Assembly: GCA_963827755.1 (NCBI GenBank)
Contig: CAWHCQ010000035.1
Coordinates: forward strand, 1-64,000
Direction: 5' to 3'
DNA from: an uncultured Gammaproteobacteria bacterium
GTDB taxonomy: Bacteria; Pseudomonadota; Gammaproteobacteria; UBA9214
Length of the DNA stretch: 64,000 bases
Position numbers and translations under genes: made by a program
The notes under the pieces: model-generated
The model's input: only the letters and a program-made list of their open reading frames with translations
The model's database searches: none
Told to the model about the DNA's origin: nothing
In this document: positions 18,939 through 29,727 of the stretch, piece after piece
How positions within the stretch are numbered: the first letter of the stretch is position 1
How the letters are laid out: each line of letters begins with the position of its first letter

Positions 18939-21068
18939 TTACCAGACAGCCCGCACCAAACGAATCTCGTGGTCCGCCACAAATGCCGGCAATTGAGCGC
19001 GTAACACATCCCAGTCAGCGTCTTCACCCATGCGTTCCAGCAGACCTTCGATTAACTCATGCTTCTTGCTGGCAATCAGGCGTTCAGGCGTCACCGCCTG
19101 GCCACGCTCGATCAACTGCATTAACTGTTCGGCGGTTTCGGTCAGGGAAAGGCCACAGCGGGTCGCGATACCATCCAGGTCCAGACCCTCCTGGTAGGCC
19201 AGCCAGGTGGCACGCAACACCGGGCCCAGGTCTGTCGGCTGACTGCCCTGCTCCATACTGTACAGCGCAATCGCATCGAGGAACTCGCTGCCATATTTCT
19301 CCAGCTTGTGTTGACCCACGCCGGTGATATTCAGCATTTCCGTTTCATCTATCGGGGCATCCCGTGCCATCTGGATAAGGCTGGCATCACCGAACACGAT
19401 ATAGGCCGGCACACCCTGTTCATCGGCGATACGCTTGCGCAGATCGCGCAGCTGATCGAACAGTGCCTCGTCGTATGGCCCGTGTGCGGCATCCGCCCGT
19501 GGGCGCTTCTTCTTCGTCTTTTCCCGAATACGCGGTTTCGCCAGACGCAGGTCTTCTTCACCGCGCAACAATGGCCGGGCAGCCTCGGTCAGCTTCAACA
19601 CGGAATAGTTGGCGATGTCCTGAACCAGGTAACCATGATGAATGAGCTGACGGATGATGGACGTCCATTCCTGCTCGCTGCGATCGCTACCCAGACCATA
19701 GGTGGAAAGCCGCTGGTGACGGCGTGAACGAATGCGCTCGTTATCGGCACCCCGCAACACATCGACGACATGGCCCACCCCGAAACCCTGGCCGAGCCGG
19801 TAGACGCAGGACAGTGCCTTCTGCGCATCCACTGTGGCATCGAACTGTTCCGGCGGGTCCAGGCAGACATCGCAGTTACCGCAATCCTGCTCGAGTCGTT
19901 CACCAAAATAGTTGAGCAACACCCGGCGCCGGCAGGTGACACTCTCGGCCAGCCCGACCATGGCGTTGAGCTTGTGCACCTCGATGCGCTTCTGTTCGGG
20001 ATTCTCGTTGTTCTCGACCAGGCGCCGGGCGGTGCCGACGTCCTGCGCCCCGAACAACAGCAGCGCCTCGGCGTTCAGACCATCGCGGCCGGCCCGTCCG
20101 GTCTCCTGGTAGAAGCCCTCGATATGTTTGGGCAGATCATAATGGACGACGAAACGTACATTGGGCTTGTCGATACCCATGCCGAACGCCACGGTGGCAA
20201 CCACCACCTGCAGTTCGTCGCGCAGGAAGTCCTCCTGCACATCCCGGCGATGGGCGGCCGGCAGGCCTGCATGGTAGGCCTCGGCACGGATACCTTTCGC
20301 CTGGAGTTTTCCGGCCACCTCTTCCACCCGCTTGCGACTCAGGGCATAGACGATACCTGCCTGGTCCTGGCGGCGCTCCAGAAAGCGCAGCAGCTGATCA
20401 AACGGCTTGTGCTTTTCCAGCACCGTGTAGCGGATGTTGGGGCGGTCAAAACCGGTGACGTGACGGCTGGCCTTGCCGAGCCCGAGCACGTGCACGATAT
20501 CATCGCGGGTCTGGGCATCGGCCGTCGCGGTGAAGGCGGCCAGCGGAATGCCCGTGAAATGGTTGCGCAGCGCCCCGAGCTGCTGATACTGGGGGCGGAA
20601 ATCGTGGCCCCACTGGGAAACGCAGTGGGCCTCGTCAATGGCGAACAGGGCGATATCGATGTCCGCCAGCCGCTCGAGAAAATCAGCACTCATCAAGCGC
20701 TCCGGACTGATGTACAGCAGGTCCAGTTCATGGGCATGCAGCCGGGCCAGCACCTGGCGGGCCTCCGTCGAGCCGAGGGCGGAGTTGTAGAAGGCAGCCG
20801 CCACGCCGTTGGCCTGCAGGGCGTCCACCTGGTCCTTCATCAGCGAGATCAGCGGCGAGACGACGATGGCCACGCCCGCCCGGTGCAGGGCAGGTATCTG
20901 GAAACACAGGGACTTGCCACCACCTGTCGGCATCAGTACGAAGCTGTCCCGACCGGCGATCAGTTCCTCGATGATGGCCTGCTGGTGGGGACGAAAGCCG
21001 GCATAACCAAATACCCGCTGCAGGGTAGCGTGGATGTCTTCGGCGGGCGGGGATTGCGGGAGGTTCAT
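18939..21068 (-). CDS. recQ: ATP-dependent DNA helicase RecQ
   Basis: MPTGGGKSLC, DEAHCVSQWGHDFR, QETGRAGRDG, Zn-binding CRR..CGNCDVC, HRDC domain and C-terminal HTH extension. Confidence 0.97.
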   Translation of the reverse strand: MNLPQSPPAEDIHATLQRVFGYAGFRPHQQAIIEELIAGRDSFVLMPTGGGKSLCFQIPALHRAGVAIVVSPLISLMKDQVDALQANGVAAAFYNSALGSTEARQVLARLHAHELDLLYISPERLMSADFLERLADIDIALFAIDEAHCVSQWGHDFRPQYQQLGALRNHFTGIPLAAFTATADAQTRDDIVHVLGLGKASRHVTGFDRPNIRYTVLEKHKPFDQLLRFLERRQDQAGIVYALSRKRVEEVAGKLQAKGIRAEAYHAGLPAAHRRDVQEDFLRDELQVVVATVAFGMGIDKPNVRFVVHYDLPKHIEGFYQETGRAGRDGLNAEALLLFGAQDVGTARRLVENNENPEQKRIEVHKLNAMVGLAESVTCRRRVLLNYFGERLEQDCGNCDVCLDPPEQFDATVDAQKALSCVYRLGQGFGVGHVVDVLRGADNERIRSRRHQRLSTYGLGSDRSEQEWTSIIRQLIHHGYLVQDIANYSVLKLTEAARPLLRGEEDLRLAKPRIREKTKKKRPRADAAHGPYDEALFDQLRDLRKRIADEQGVPAYIVFGDASLIQMARDAPIDETEMLNITGVGQHKLEKYGSEFLDAIALYSMEQGSQPTDLGPVLRATWLAYQEGLDLDGIATRCGLSLTETAEQLMQLIERGQAVTPERLIASKKHELIEGLLERMGEDADWDVLRAQLPAFVADHEIRLVRAVW

Positions 21069-21297
21069 TCGACTGATTGTACCCGCCCTGCCCGGCAAGC
21101 CCTAGCATCCCTGCCTCAACAGGCTGTAATCATCAGGCTCCCCGGACCTGCACCGGGGCCGGCTGCAGCTGTCAGCATGGAAGAAGGCCGCATGCGTCTG
21201 ATCAGGGCAGGACCTTCCCGGGCTGGTATACTGGACCGGGTCGAAGAATCAGAGACTTGCGTGCGGCATTTGCTGCACCGACAGAAAGGAGAGTCCA

Positions 21298-22005
21298 GTG
21301 AACCTTGCACAGGCCAAAGTTACCACCGTTGTCATCTGCGCCGCCGTTATCGTCGCCATGCTCGCCATTGCATGGTGGCAGATGGAAAACATGCGCCAGC
21401 AAATTCTGGAGAACAACGCGTTAACCGCCGCCAGGAGTTATGCGACGACCTTCGAGAGCCTGCGCGCTTTCTACACGAAGGAGGTTGTTGCGCGCGTACC
21501 CAAAGACAGCGTTACGGTTAGCCACAATTATAAAAATATCAGCCATGCAATACCCCTCCCGGCGACGTTAACTATCGAACTTGCGAAAGAGGTAGGACGG
21601 CGATCGGACGGGTTTTCGGTGCGGCTATACAGCAATTATCCCTATCCCTGGCGTGGCGAGCCAGGCCAGCTCAAAGGCTTCGAGAAGCGCGCATTTGAAA
21701 AGTTGACTGCCACGCCTGCTGAACCCTATTACGAGGTTGAACAATCGCAGAGCGGCAAGTACCTGCGCTATGCCACGGCAGACATCATGCAGCCTGATTG
21801 CGTGGCCTGTCATAATTCGAACCCCGAAAGCCGCAAGAAAGACTGGAAGGTCGGTGATTTGCGTGGCGTCCTGGAAATAGGCATGCCCATGCGCATGCCC
21901 ATGGATACCATCATGGAGACATTTGATTATTTGCTTGTCTATTTCATTATCGGCGGCATCATCATAATCGTCACTGTTCTCCAGGTACTGAGGAAAAGGC
22001 AGTAG
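21298..22005 (+). CDS. DUF3365 (Tll0287-like) heme-c sensor domain protein flanked by two TM helices
   Basis: AIPLPAT, RLYSNYP.P.R, LRYA.AD.MQPDCVACH, WKVGDLRGVLEI. Confidence 0.85.
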   Translation: MNLAQAKVTTVVICAAVIVAMLAIAWWQMENMRQQILENNALTAARSYATTFESLRAFYTKEVVARVPKDSVTVSHNYKNISHAIPLPATLTIELAKEVGRRSDGFSVRLYSNYPYPWRGEPGQLKGFEKRAFEKLTATPAEPYYEVEQSQSGKYLRYATADIMQPDCVACHNSNPESRKKDWKVGDLRGVLEIGMPMRMPMDTIMETFDYLLVYFIIGGIIIIVTVLQVLRKRQ

Positions 22006-22020
22006 CCACCGGACAGGGTA

Positions 22021-23946
22021 TCAGTGCGCGCTGATCCCGTCGTCACCCATGCCGTCGTTGTAGGGTATGAATGTTCTTTGCAGTGCATCGTTCATCTGTG
22101 CGGCAAACCGGTCAACCAGTGTGTAATGTTTCTGCCTGAATTGCGTCTCCAGCAGGGCGCGCTGCTCTGCCAGCACCTGCAGGATATCCGCGCGCATCTC
22201 CTCCCGGTTGAGCGCCTCGTCCAGTTCAACAAGCGCCTTGTCAACCGTCAGCCAGGTGGCCAGCCCCGCGGTGACACCGCAGAGAACCGCCACCGGACCG
22301 GCAGGGGCACACAGCGTGAGACCAAGCCCCGCGGACAACGCGGTTGATGCGCCCTTCTTTGCGAGTGTCTTCGAAAGGACTGCCGCACCGGTAGCGAAAG
22401 ATTTCTTGGCGGCCACCTTTCCGACGACGACGGCAGCGGTTTTCTTCGCCAGCACCTTGCTGGCCACGATTCCCGCACCGACACCGCTGGCCGCCGCGGC
22501 GGAAGCCCTGAGGTTGTCACGATCCAGCCCGACCAGCGGGGCAAGATCCATGCTGCCGATATCACAGGGAGCATGGTCAATTTCGGCCTTGATCGCGGGG
22601 GTCATACGCGCAAACCGCATGGTGGACATGTGTTCGACATTGCTATCGAGGTCGTCCAGGCGGGTTTCCAGATCAAGGTTTGCAAACAGGTATTCCTCCA
22701 GCTTTTCAGCCATGGCTGTCGCTGCATCAGCGCTGAAAACCGCCGTGAGCCGCTGGTATTCGCCGATTACCGTGAAGTACCAGTCAAGATAGGCATCAAC
22801 ACCTGTCTCGACGTCTGCGAATATCCGATCGAGCCCCTGGTCGATACCGGAGTCGATATCATTGATGGCATTCCGGCGTTCACTGGTGACCGCCTTGTCC
22901 AGCTTCATGAGCAGCGATGCACGGCTCCCGGCATCGGGTTTGCAGGGATTGATTGCTGCGCTAACCTGAATCACACCCTCTCTGACGACGTGCGGATCGA
23001 CGCCGCTCAGCTTGATAGCGGCGTAAAGGAACGGCAGTGCCAGAATGATAATGGTCAGAAAAAAGCTGCGCGAAAAGGTGCTTTCCGGCACGCGCCCCTG
23101 TCGCCGCCCTTCCCGTTTATCAAGAAATACACTGATACCCAGCAGCAGCGCGGTATACAGCCAGGCCACGGTGACAGCCCGCAGCAGGAAAAACGACCAG
23201 GCAAGGAATTTGGCGGTCACATTCGGCAGGTTCGGTATCACGAGTTCGGAGAGATGCCAGGAAAGTGCTTCAAGGGCCGCCAGGGTGCCGCTGCCAAAAC
23301 CCCAGAGCATGCAGCCGGATTCGTCAGCCGACGCCGTGAAGGCCTGTTCCGCAAGCTGGTACCAGGGCATGTGCCGGGTGTCTTCCGCCCCGACAATAAA
23401 GAAGTCAATCCCCATCATCGCGCCGGACAGGAGGATGCCGTTGATAAGCAGCAGTGGCCAGCGCCTGGCAATGACTTCCCTGTGCCGCACCTTGATATCA
23501 CCTGTCAGCTGCCGGGTGACCGGCCCTGCAAGCAGTGACAGAAACACTGCATCGACAGCGAGTACCGTCCAGTGTAGCGGCGACAGCACCGAGACCAGTG
23601 CAAGTAACACCCAGGCGAGGAATATCGAAACGATGACCTGGATACCCCTGGTCACGCCACCGTTCCAGAGGAATGCCCGCACCCGGCTCGCCGGCCGGGC
23701 GGCAGCGGAAAGCACCAGGCGTCTGCGGAACAACAGATACTCAATCCGGTACTGCCAGAGAGGAATGGCGAGCACGCAGCCAAGACCAAAAACAAGCCAG
23801 CACGGTGCCGTTTTAACAATGTCGCTGCTGGACAGGAGAACAGCGGCGGCCAGCACCATGCCCAGGATACGCAGGATTGTCAGCCGATGCCGCTGCCACC
23901 AGGTTGGCGGGTTGAGATCAACGGGTTGCTCCTTCACGGGCTGCAT
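22021..23946 (-). CDS. Uncharacterised multi-pass membrane protein with Ala/Gly-rich C-terminal hydrophobic segment
   Basis: 641-aa ORF; several N-terminal TM helices; VDAYLDWYFTVIGEY motif. Confidence 0.75.
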   Translation of the reverse strand: MQPVKEQPVDLNPPTWWQRHRLTILRILGMVLAAAVLLSSSDIVKTAPCWLVFGLGCVLAIPLWQYRIEYLLFRRRLVLSAAARPASRVRAFLWNGGVTRGIQVIVSIFLAWVLLALVSVLSPLHWTVLAVDAVFLSLLAGPVTRQLTGDIKVRHREVIARRWPLLLINGILLSGAMMGIDFFIVGAEDTRHMPWYQLAEQAFTASADESGCMLWGFGSGTLAALEALSWHLSELVIPNLPNVTAKFLAWSFFLLRAVTVAWLYTALLLGISVFLDKREGRRQGRVPESTFSRSFFLTIIILALPFLYAAIKLSGVDPHVVREGVIQVSAAINPCKPDAGSRASLLMKLDKAVTSERRNAINDIDSGIDQGLDRIFADVETGVDAYLDWYFTVIGEYQRLTAVFSADAATAMAEKLEEYLFANLDLETRLDDLDSNVEHMSTMRFARMTPAIKAEIDHAPCDIGSMDLAPLVGLDRDNLRASAAAASGVGAGIVASKVLAKKTAAVVVGKVAAKKSFATGAAVLSKTLAKKGASTALSAGLGLTLCAPAGPVAVLCGVTAGLATWLTVDKALVELDEALNREEMRADILQVLAEQRALLETQFRQKHYTLVDRFAAQMNDALQRTFIPYNDGMGDDGISAH

Positions 23947-24057
23947 GTCTGCACGGACAATACCCTGAAAGGTCTGTTTACCGGTTGCATCCCGGAGAAA
24001 ATATCACATTTAGCTGCCAGGCCATGGCCGGCGACGCGGACAAGCGGGTGTACAGAC

Positions 24058-24969
24058 TTAATCGTTGATGGCTTTCCTGATCTTCCCGGCATGCCGGCCA
24101 AAGCCTGCCTCCAGGTAATCGAGAAAATCTTCACGCAGCTCGGGGTGCTGCAGCGCGAATTCCACGGTCGCCTGCAAATAGCCGAGCTTGTTGCCGCAAT
24201 CATAACGCTTGCCTTCAAACCGGTAGGCCAGCACCTGCTCATCATGCAACAGGCTTTCGATCGCATCTGTCAGCTGGATCTCGCCACCCGCACCCCGGGG
24301 AATCTTTTCCAGCCAGGAGAATATGGCCGGGGTGAGAATGTAACGCCCGACAACAGCGAGATTGGATCGCGCATCCTTTGGTGCAGGCTTCTCGACAATA
24401 TTGCGCACGTGGGTAATCCGCCCGCTGGATTCTTCCGGGTCGACGATGCCGTACTTGTCGGTATCGTCATGCGGCACTTCTTCGACACCGAGAATACTGC
24501 AGTTATGATCGTTGAATACCGATATCATTTGCCCAAGCACGCATTTTTCATCAGTGTATATCAGGTCATCAGCGAGAATGACGGCAAAGGGCTCATCACC
24601 GACCAGGGGTTTCGCGCATAACACGGCATGCCCAAGCCCCAGCGCCTCGGGCTGGCGCACGTACACACAGGTGATATCCGGCGATACAATATCGCGGACA
24701 ATCGCAAGCATGTCGTCCTTGCCTTTCTTTTCCAGTTCGCACTCAAGCTCGTAATTCTTGTCGAAGTGGTCTTCAATGGCACGCTTGCTGCTGCTGGTTA
24801 CAAAGATCAGCTCTTCCGCACCGGCCCTTGCAGCCTCTTCGGCGGCGTACTGGATCAGTGGCTTGTCGACGATCGGCAGCATTTCCTTGGGGTTGGCCTT
24901 GGTTGCCGGAAGAAACCGGGTACCCAGCCCCGCAACGGGGAAAACGACCTTTCTGATTTTACTTTTCAT
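24058..24969 (-). CDS. galU: UTP--glucose-1-phosphate uridylyltransferase
   Basis: [28 protein letters not shown]; VEKP; GEIQLTDAI. Confidence 0.97.
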   Translation of the reverse strand: MKSKIRKVVFPVAGLGTRFLPATKANPKEMLPIVDKPLIQYAAEEAARAGAEELIFVTSSSKRAIEDHFDKNYELECELEKKGKDDMLAIVRDIVSPDITCVYVRQPEALGLGHAVLCAKPLVGDEPFAVILADDLIYTDEKCVLGQMISVFNDHNCSILGVEEVPHDDTDKYGIVDPEESSGRITHVRNIVEKPAPKDARSNLAVVGRYILTPAIFSWLEKIPRGAGGEIQLTDAIESLLHDEQVLAYRFEGKRYDCGNKLGYLQATVEFALQHPELREDFLDYLEAGFGRHAGKIRKAIND

Positions 24970-24983
24970 ACAGTTTTTTCCTT

Positions 24984-26411
24984 TTAGCAATTCTCGGGGA
25001 CGCGGTCATACACATCTTCAAAGCGGACGATATCATCTTCGCCAAGGTAACTGCCTGACTGGATCTCGATCACTTCCAGCGGCAGCATCCCCGGGTTCTC
25101 GAGCCGGTGCTTCTCGCCCATTGGAATATAGGCCGACTCATTCTCGTGCAAATTAAACACCTTCTCGCCACAGGTGACCAGGGCCGTGCCCTTCACCACC
25201 ACCCAGTGTTCCGCACGATGGTGATGCATCTGCAGTGACAGTCGCGCGCCGGGTTTCACCATCAGGCGTTTTACCTGGAAGCGTGTGCCGGCATCGATAC
25301 CTTCATAGGAACCCCAGGGACGGTATACCCGGCGGTGCATCTTGCTTTCATCCCGGTCGGTTTGCTGCAACCGGTTTACGACTTTTTTAACATCCTGTGC
25401 CTTGTCCTTGTGTACCACCAGGACTGCATCGGCCGTCTCCACCACGATCACGTCATCGATACCAACCGTTGCCAGGCAGCGGTGCTGGGCAACCAGGAAA
25501 GAATTGTGCGTATCTATTGCAATTACATCACCCTGGATCACATTGCCTTCATCATTGCGCGAACAAACATTCCACAGCGCAGACCAGGCACCCACATCAG
25601 ACCAGCCTGCGCTGATTGGAACGACAACGGCATGGTCAGTCTTCTCCATCACCGCATAGTCAATAGAGTCTTTAGGACACGCCAGGAAGGCCTCCTGGTT
25701 AACCCTGAAAAAATCACTGTCCTGCTTGCCCTGGTTCATCGCAAGGACACAGGCATCCTTTATATCAGGACGGAAGTGTTCGATTTCGTTCAACCAGGAA
25801 TCGGCGCGCATCAGGAAAATACCGCTGTTCCAGTAATAATCGCCTGCATCTACATACTTTTCTGCGGTCTGCAGATCCGGCTTCTCGACAAACTTTTCGA
25901 CAGTAAAGGCCACACCGTCTCCAGACTGCTCACTGCGCCTGATATAGCCATAGCCGGTTTCCGGACCGTCCGGCACCACGCCAAAAGTCACCAGTGCGTT
26001 TTTCTCCGCATGGGGGATCGCCTGGGTCACAGCATCGACAAACTGTTGGGGTTGCAGCATGACATGGTCTGCCGGCATCACTACCATCAGCGCATCCGGA
26101 TCCCTTGACAGCAGGTAGAGCGCCGCCAGTGTCAGGGCCGGCGCCGTGTTTCTTCCCTGCGGCTCAAGAATAATCGTTGCCGGCGTCTTGCCAATCTGTG
26201 CAACCTGTTCGGCCACCAGGAAACGGTGTTCCTCGTTGCACACATACACCGCGTCACCCAGGTCGGGAATGGCATCCAGGCGGCTGGCTGTTTCCTGTAG
26301 CAGCGTATTGTCCGATACCAGCGGCAGCAGCGGTTTTGGATAATGCTCGCGTGACATTGGCCAAAGGCGCGAACCTGAACCACCGGAGAGAATGACTGGA
26401 TATACTTTCAT
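24984..26411 (-). CDS. manC: Mannose-1-phosphate guanylyltransferase / mannose-6-phosphate isomerase
   Basis: [18 protein letters not shown]; FVEKP; WSDVGAW; cupin tail [13 protein letters not shown]. Confidence 0.95.
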   Translation of the reverse strand: MKVYPVILSGGSGSRLWPMSREHYPKPLLPLVSDNTLLQETASRLDAIPDLGDAVYVCNEEHRFLVAEQVAQIGKTPATIILEPQGRNTAPALTLAALYLLSRDPDALMVVMPADHVMLQPQQFVDAVTQAIPHAEKNALVTFGVVPDGPETGYGYIRRSEQSGDGVAFTVEKFVEKPDLQTAEKYVDAGDYYWNSGIFLMRADSWLNEIEHFRPDIKDACVLAMNQGKQDSDFFRVNQEAFLACPKDSIDYAVMEKTDHAVVVPISAGWSDVGAWSALWNVCSRNDEGNVIQGDVIAIDTHNSFLVAQHRCLATVGIDDVIVVETADAVLVVHKDKAQDVKKVVNRLQQTDRDESKMHRRVYRPWGSYEGIDAGTRFQVKRLMVKPGARLSLQMHHHRAEHWVVVKGTALVTCGEKVFNLHENESAYIPMGEKHRLENPGMLPLEVIEIQSGSYLGEDDIVRFEDVYDRVPENC

Positions 26412-26633
26412 AAAACCTTATCCTGAAAATCAAATGCGTGTTGCGGGCACAATTATCAATAGATCGACTGTCCAGGCGAAATATTAAACCGCTGGCCACA
26501 ATCCGGGGAACCGTTCCTGCCCCGGGTTCGCGGGTGCGGGACAGGCCGTCCTGCATGCAGCAACCGGCACGGCAGGCCGGATCGCTGACGTCATAAGTTA
26601 TATTACTGTTTTATATTACAATAATACAGCAGG

Positions 26634-26778
26634 CTGTTCGCGATCTGTTCGCAGCTGGCGCTCGCTCCTACACGCTGATCCCGTGCCCGACCCGATAAAT
26701 TGCAGGAGCCAGCGCAAGCTGGCGAATTGTTCACGCGCTGTTCTCGATCTGTTCGCGAGCTGGCGCTCGCTCCTACAC
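26634..26778. repeat. Cluster of three GTAG-type REP elements in alternating orientation
   Basis: GATCTGTTCGC(G)AGCTGGCGCTCGCTCCTACA twice, with an inverted TGCAGGAGCCAGCGCAAGCTGGCGAA between them. Confidence 0.8.
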
Positions 26779-26831
26779 CGATCCCGTGCCCCGACCGGTC
26801 ATAACGGATAAGGAACAAGGACCTGTAACAG

Positions 26832-26861
26832 AAAAGGCCCGGACAACTACGTCCGGGCCTT
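26832..26861 (-). terminator. Rho-independent terminator of comEA
   Basis: AAGGCCCGGAC-loop-GTCCGGGCCTTTT on the minus strand. Confidence 0.8.
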
Positions 26862-26878
26862 CATCACGGATCATGCCA

Positions 26879-27154
26879 TTACTTCCCGGACGGACTCGAG
26901 ACCATCAGGTTTTTACGGCTTTTTTCGATCGTTTTCATACCGACACCCTTGACGTTGCCGAGCTCATCGACGCTTCTGAAAGGGCCATAGGTATTACGGT
27001 ATTCGACAATCGCAGCTGCCCTGCTCTCGCCGACGCCGGTAATGGCACCGGCGAGGATAGTGGCATCGGCAGTATTGATATCGACGGGTCCTGCAAATGA
27101 CGATACCGATATCAGCATCGCCAGACCTGCAACCATGAATTGAATAGCTCGCAT
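26879..27154 (-). CDS. comEA: ComEA-family HhH DNA-binding protein
   Basis: Signal peptide; VDINTADA..L...ITGVG...A.AIV.YR...GPF.SVDEL..VKGVG. Confidence 0.92.
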   Translation of the reverse strand: MRAIQFMVAGLAMLISVSSFAGPVDINTADATILAGAITGVGESRAAAIVEYRNTYGPFRSVDELGNVKGVGMKTIEKSRKNLMVSSPSGK

Positions 27155-27255
27155 AACTTCCTCCTGTCTTTTCAGGTTCTTCCCTGGTGAATGAGTTTCA
27201 TGTGGCTGCAGCACAAGGCTGCCGGACCACAACTGAAAAATGCCTGACAGGACGA

Positions 27256-27966
27256 TTAATCTAAAGCGGAAAGTTCTGAATTGATTGTCCGCAAAACACC
27301 GGCCGGGTCGTCCGCCTGCGTAACAGGTCGCCCGATAACAAGGTAATCCGACCCATTGCGTACCGCATCAGCCGGCGCCATTACGCGGCGCTGGTCGCCC
27401 GCCTCACTCCCTGAGGGACGAATCCCCGGCGTCACCAGCCTGAAATCAGCGCCATGGCGCTGACGCAGGACATGAGCCTCTCTTGATGAACAGACGACGC
27501 CGTCAAGCCCGGACTGCGCCGCCAGGGCCGCCAGCCGCAACACATTGTCTTCAGGCGTCCCGGCAAGACCGATACCGGCCAGATCTGACTCGTCCATACT
27601 GGTCAGTATGGTTACTGCCACCAGCAAAGGGGCCCGGGCTGCACGGGCAACCCCTTCCCGCGCCGCTGCCAGCATGCGCGCCCCGCCAAGTGCGTGTACA
27701 TTCAACATCCACACACCCAGATCGGCCGCTGCATGGCAGGCATTGGCTACTGTATTCGGTATATCGTGGAATTTGAGGTCAAGAAAGACATCAAAATCCT
27801 TTGCACATAATTGCTCGACCAGTGCCGGACCCGAGCGTGTAAACAATTCCTTGCCCACTTTCAAACGGCAGGAGCCGGGCTCGAGACGATCAACCAGCGC
27901 CAGCGCAGCCTGTGCATCTGCATAATCCAGCGCCACGATAACCCTGGAGTTTTTCTGTCCGATCAT
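27256..27966 (-). CDS. pyrF: Orotidine-5'-phosphate decarboxylase
   Basis: IVALD; [13 protein letters not shown]; VTPGIR; VIGRP. Confidence 0.97.
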   Translation of the reverse strand: MIGQKNSRVIVALDYADAQAALALVDRLEPGSCRLKVGKELFTRSGPALVEQLCAKDFDVFLDLKFHDIPNTVANACHAAADLGVWMLNVHALGGARMLAAAREGVARAARAPLLVAVTILTSMDESDLAGIGLAGTPEDNVLRLAALAAQSGLDGVVCSSREAHVLRQRHGADFRLVTPGIRPSGSEAGDQRRVMAPADAVRNGSDYLVIGRPVTQADDPAGVLRTINSELSALD

Positions 27967-27974
27967 AAACTCTC

Positions 27975-29141
27975 CTATTCCCCCGCCACGCCGTGGATCG
28001 GCTTGACGGTATTCCAGTGCTTGCACCCCGGACACTGCCAATGCAATACCTTGCCACGAAAGCCGCAATCGTGGCATCTGTAAACCGGCTTGTTTTCCAG
28101 CAACTGGTCTGTCATTTTTTTCAGGATCAACAGGTTCTCATGAGCGGCACCCTCGCTGCGGCTGAGACTGAGATCAATAAACCGGGACAGGCCGCGCACG
28201 GACGGGCGTTTACTCAATTCACTGGCAATGAAATCTGCAGCAGGTTCACTGCCATGCTCTTCACTGAGTATTTCAGCAAGGGCAAGCACAGGTGAGACAC
28301 CCGAGTACCTTGTAATCGCCTCGTGAAGATAATCGATCAGTTTGTCAACCGTTCCCAGCGCCACATGACAGAAATGCATGGCATCCAGCACTTCCGGCAA
28401 CAACTCGATGTCCCTTTCAACCACCTGCCGGTAAGCGCCCAGGGCCTCCTGGTATTTACACTGCTGTCTTGTAATGCCGGCTTTTATCAGACTGGCGCGG
28501 GCACAGTAAGGATCGTATTCACTGGCCTTCTCGACAAACCCGCTCGCCTTTTCCAGGTCCTCCATGGCACGTGCATTCTCCGCAAGCTCGCAGTAAAACT
28601 GTGCAATAACCGCGCGCGCCTGCTGCTGCCCGACAAACCCCATCTGTTCTGCAATTTCAATGGCGCTCTCCCAGTCCTTTTCCTGCTGGTAGATATCAAG
28701 CAACAGTGGCAACACGCTGGACAGGTGCGCATTGTTTTCCATTAATTCCCTGAACAGACCCTCGGCACGGTCAAACAAACCGGCCTTCATGTAGTCCTGG
28801 GCAAGCTCTAGCAGCGAATCAGTGCGTTGCTCGTTACTGAGGGTGTCTCTTGAAATAAGATTCTGGTGAATACGGATGGCGCGATCTACCTCACCCCGCT
28901 TCCTGAACAGGTTACCCAGTGCGAGGTGGGTCTCCACGGTGTCGCTGTTAACCTCCAGCATGCGTATAAATACATCGATGGCCTTGTCCTGTTGTTCATT
29001 TAACAGGTAGTTCAGCCCCTTGATATATTCAGCGCCGAGGATGGAATCCGAACAGCTGCCGGCTTTTCCCTTGTCCCTGCGTGCAGCGTACCAGCCAATG
29101 GCAACACCCGCGGGCAACAGCAACCAGAGCAGGTCCTGCAT
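27975..29141 (-). CDS. lapB: Lipopolysaccharide assembly protein B
   Basis: N-terminal TM; [13 protein letters not shown]; TPRs; rubredoxin motif YRC..CGF....LHWQCPGC. Confidence 0.96.
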   Translation of the reverse strand: MQDLLWLLLPAGVAIGWYAARRDKGKAGSCSDSILGAEYIKGLNYLLNEQQDKAIDVFIRMLEVNSDTVETHLALGNLFRKRGEVDRAIRIHQNLISRDTLSNEQRTDSLLELAQDYMKAGLFDRAEGLFRELMENNAHLSSVLPLLLDIYQQEKDWESAIEIAEQMGFVGQQQARAVIAQFYCELAENARAMEDLEKASGFVEKASEYDPYCARASLIKAGITRQQCKYQEALGAYRQVVERDIELLPEVLDAMHFCHVALGTVDKLIDYLHEAITRYSGVSPVLALAEILSEEHGSEPAADFIASELSKRPSVRGLSRFIDLSLSRSEGAAHENLLILKKMTDQLLENKPVYRCHDCGFRGKVLHWQCPGCKHWNTVKPIHGVAGE

Positions 29142-29282
29142 TAGACGCGCATATTCCGGCGGTTACCGGTCTGAAGATGTGTCTGGAATGGCATTCTTGT
29201 GAGGCAATCCGGATGACCAGCCATAAAATGTCTGCTGCAGTTTGTCGTTGCAGACAGACCGGCCTGCTTGTACATAACTGGC

Positions 29283-29313
29283 GCTCCTGCAGGGCTTTAC
29301 CACCTGCAGGAGC
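29283..29313. repeat. REP-like hairpin between ihfB and lapB
   Basis: GCTCCTGCAGG-n9-CCTGCAGGAGC. Confidence 0.5.
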
Positions 29314-29341
29314 AACCAATGTCTAACAGGTTAACTGCAGA

Positions 29342-29644
29342 CTAAAGCCCGCGCTCACGGGCAAGTCCGGCATTGACGCGCTCGCGCAGTTCCTTGCCGG
29401 GCTTGAAGTGAGGTACATACTTTGCCGCCAGTGCAACCGAGTCACCGGTCTTCGGGTTTCTCCCCATGCGGGGCGGGCGGTAATGCAGTGAAAAACTGCC
29501 AAAACCCCGTATTTCTATCCGTTGTCCCGACGCGAGAGCACAGCTCATTTGTTCAAGGAGGCTTTTGACTGCAAGCTCCACATCCTTGTGAATGAGATGT
29601 CCGTTTTTTGTTGCAAGTATCTCGATTAATTCAGACTTTGTCAT
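29342..29644 (-). CDS. ihfB: Integration host factor beta
   Basis: MTKSELIE...[25 protein letters not shown]; [11 protein letters not shown]. Confidence 0.97.
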   Translation of the reverse strand: MTKSELIEILATKNGHLIHKDVELAVKSLLEQMSCALASGQRIEIRGFGSFSLHYRPPRMGRNPKTGDSVALAAKYVPHFKPGKELRERVNAGLARERGL

Positions 29645-29727
29645 ATTCCTCACCAACCTGGAAAGTAATATCCCGTTCCACTAATGCCCCATGAGCAAAT
29701 CGTGCCTGTTATTGCATTGTTGGCAGA

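Noticed and set aside
19770-21521. 583-aa ORF on the + strand
   Set aside because: Antisense shadow of recQ, expected in GC-rich coding DNA; no motifs.
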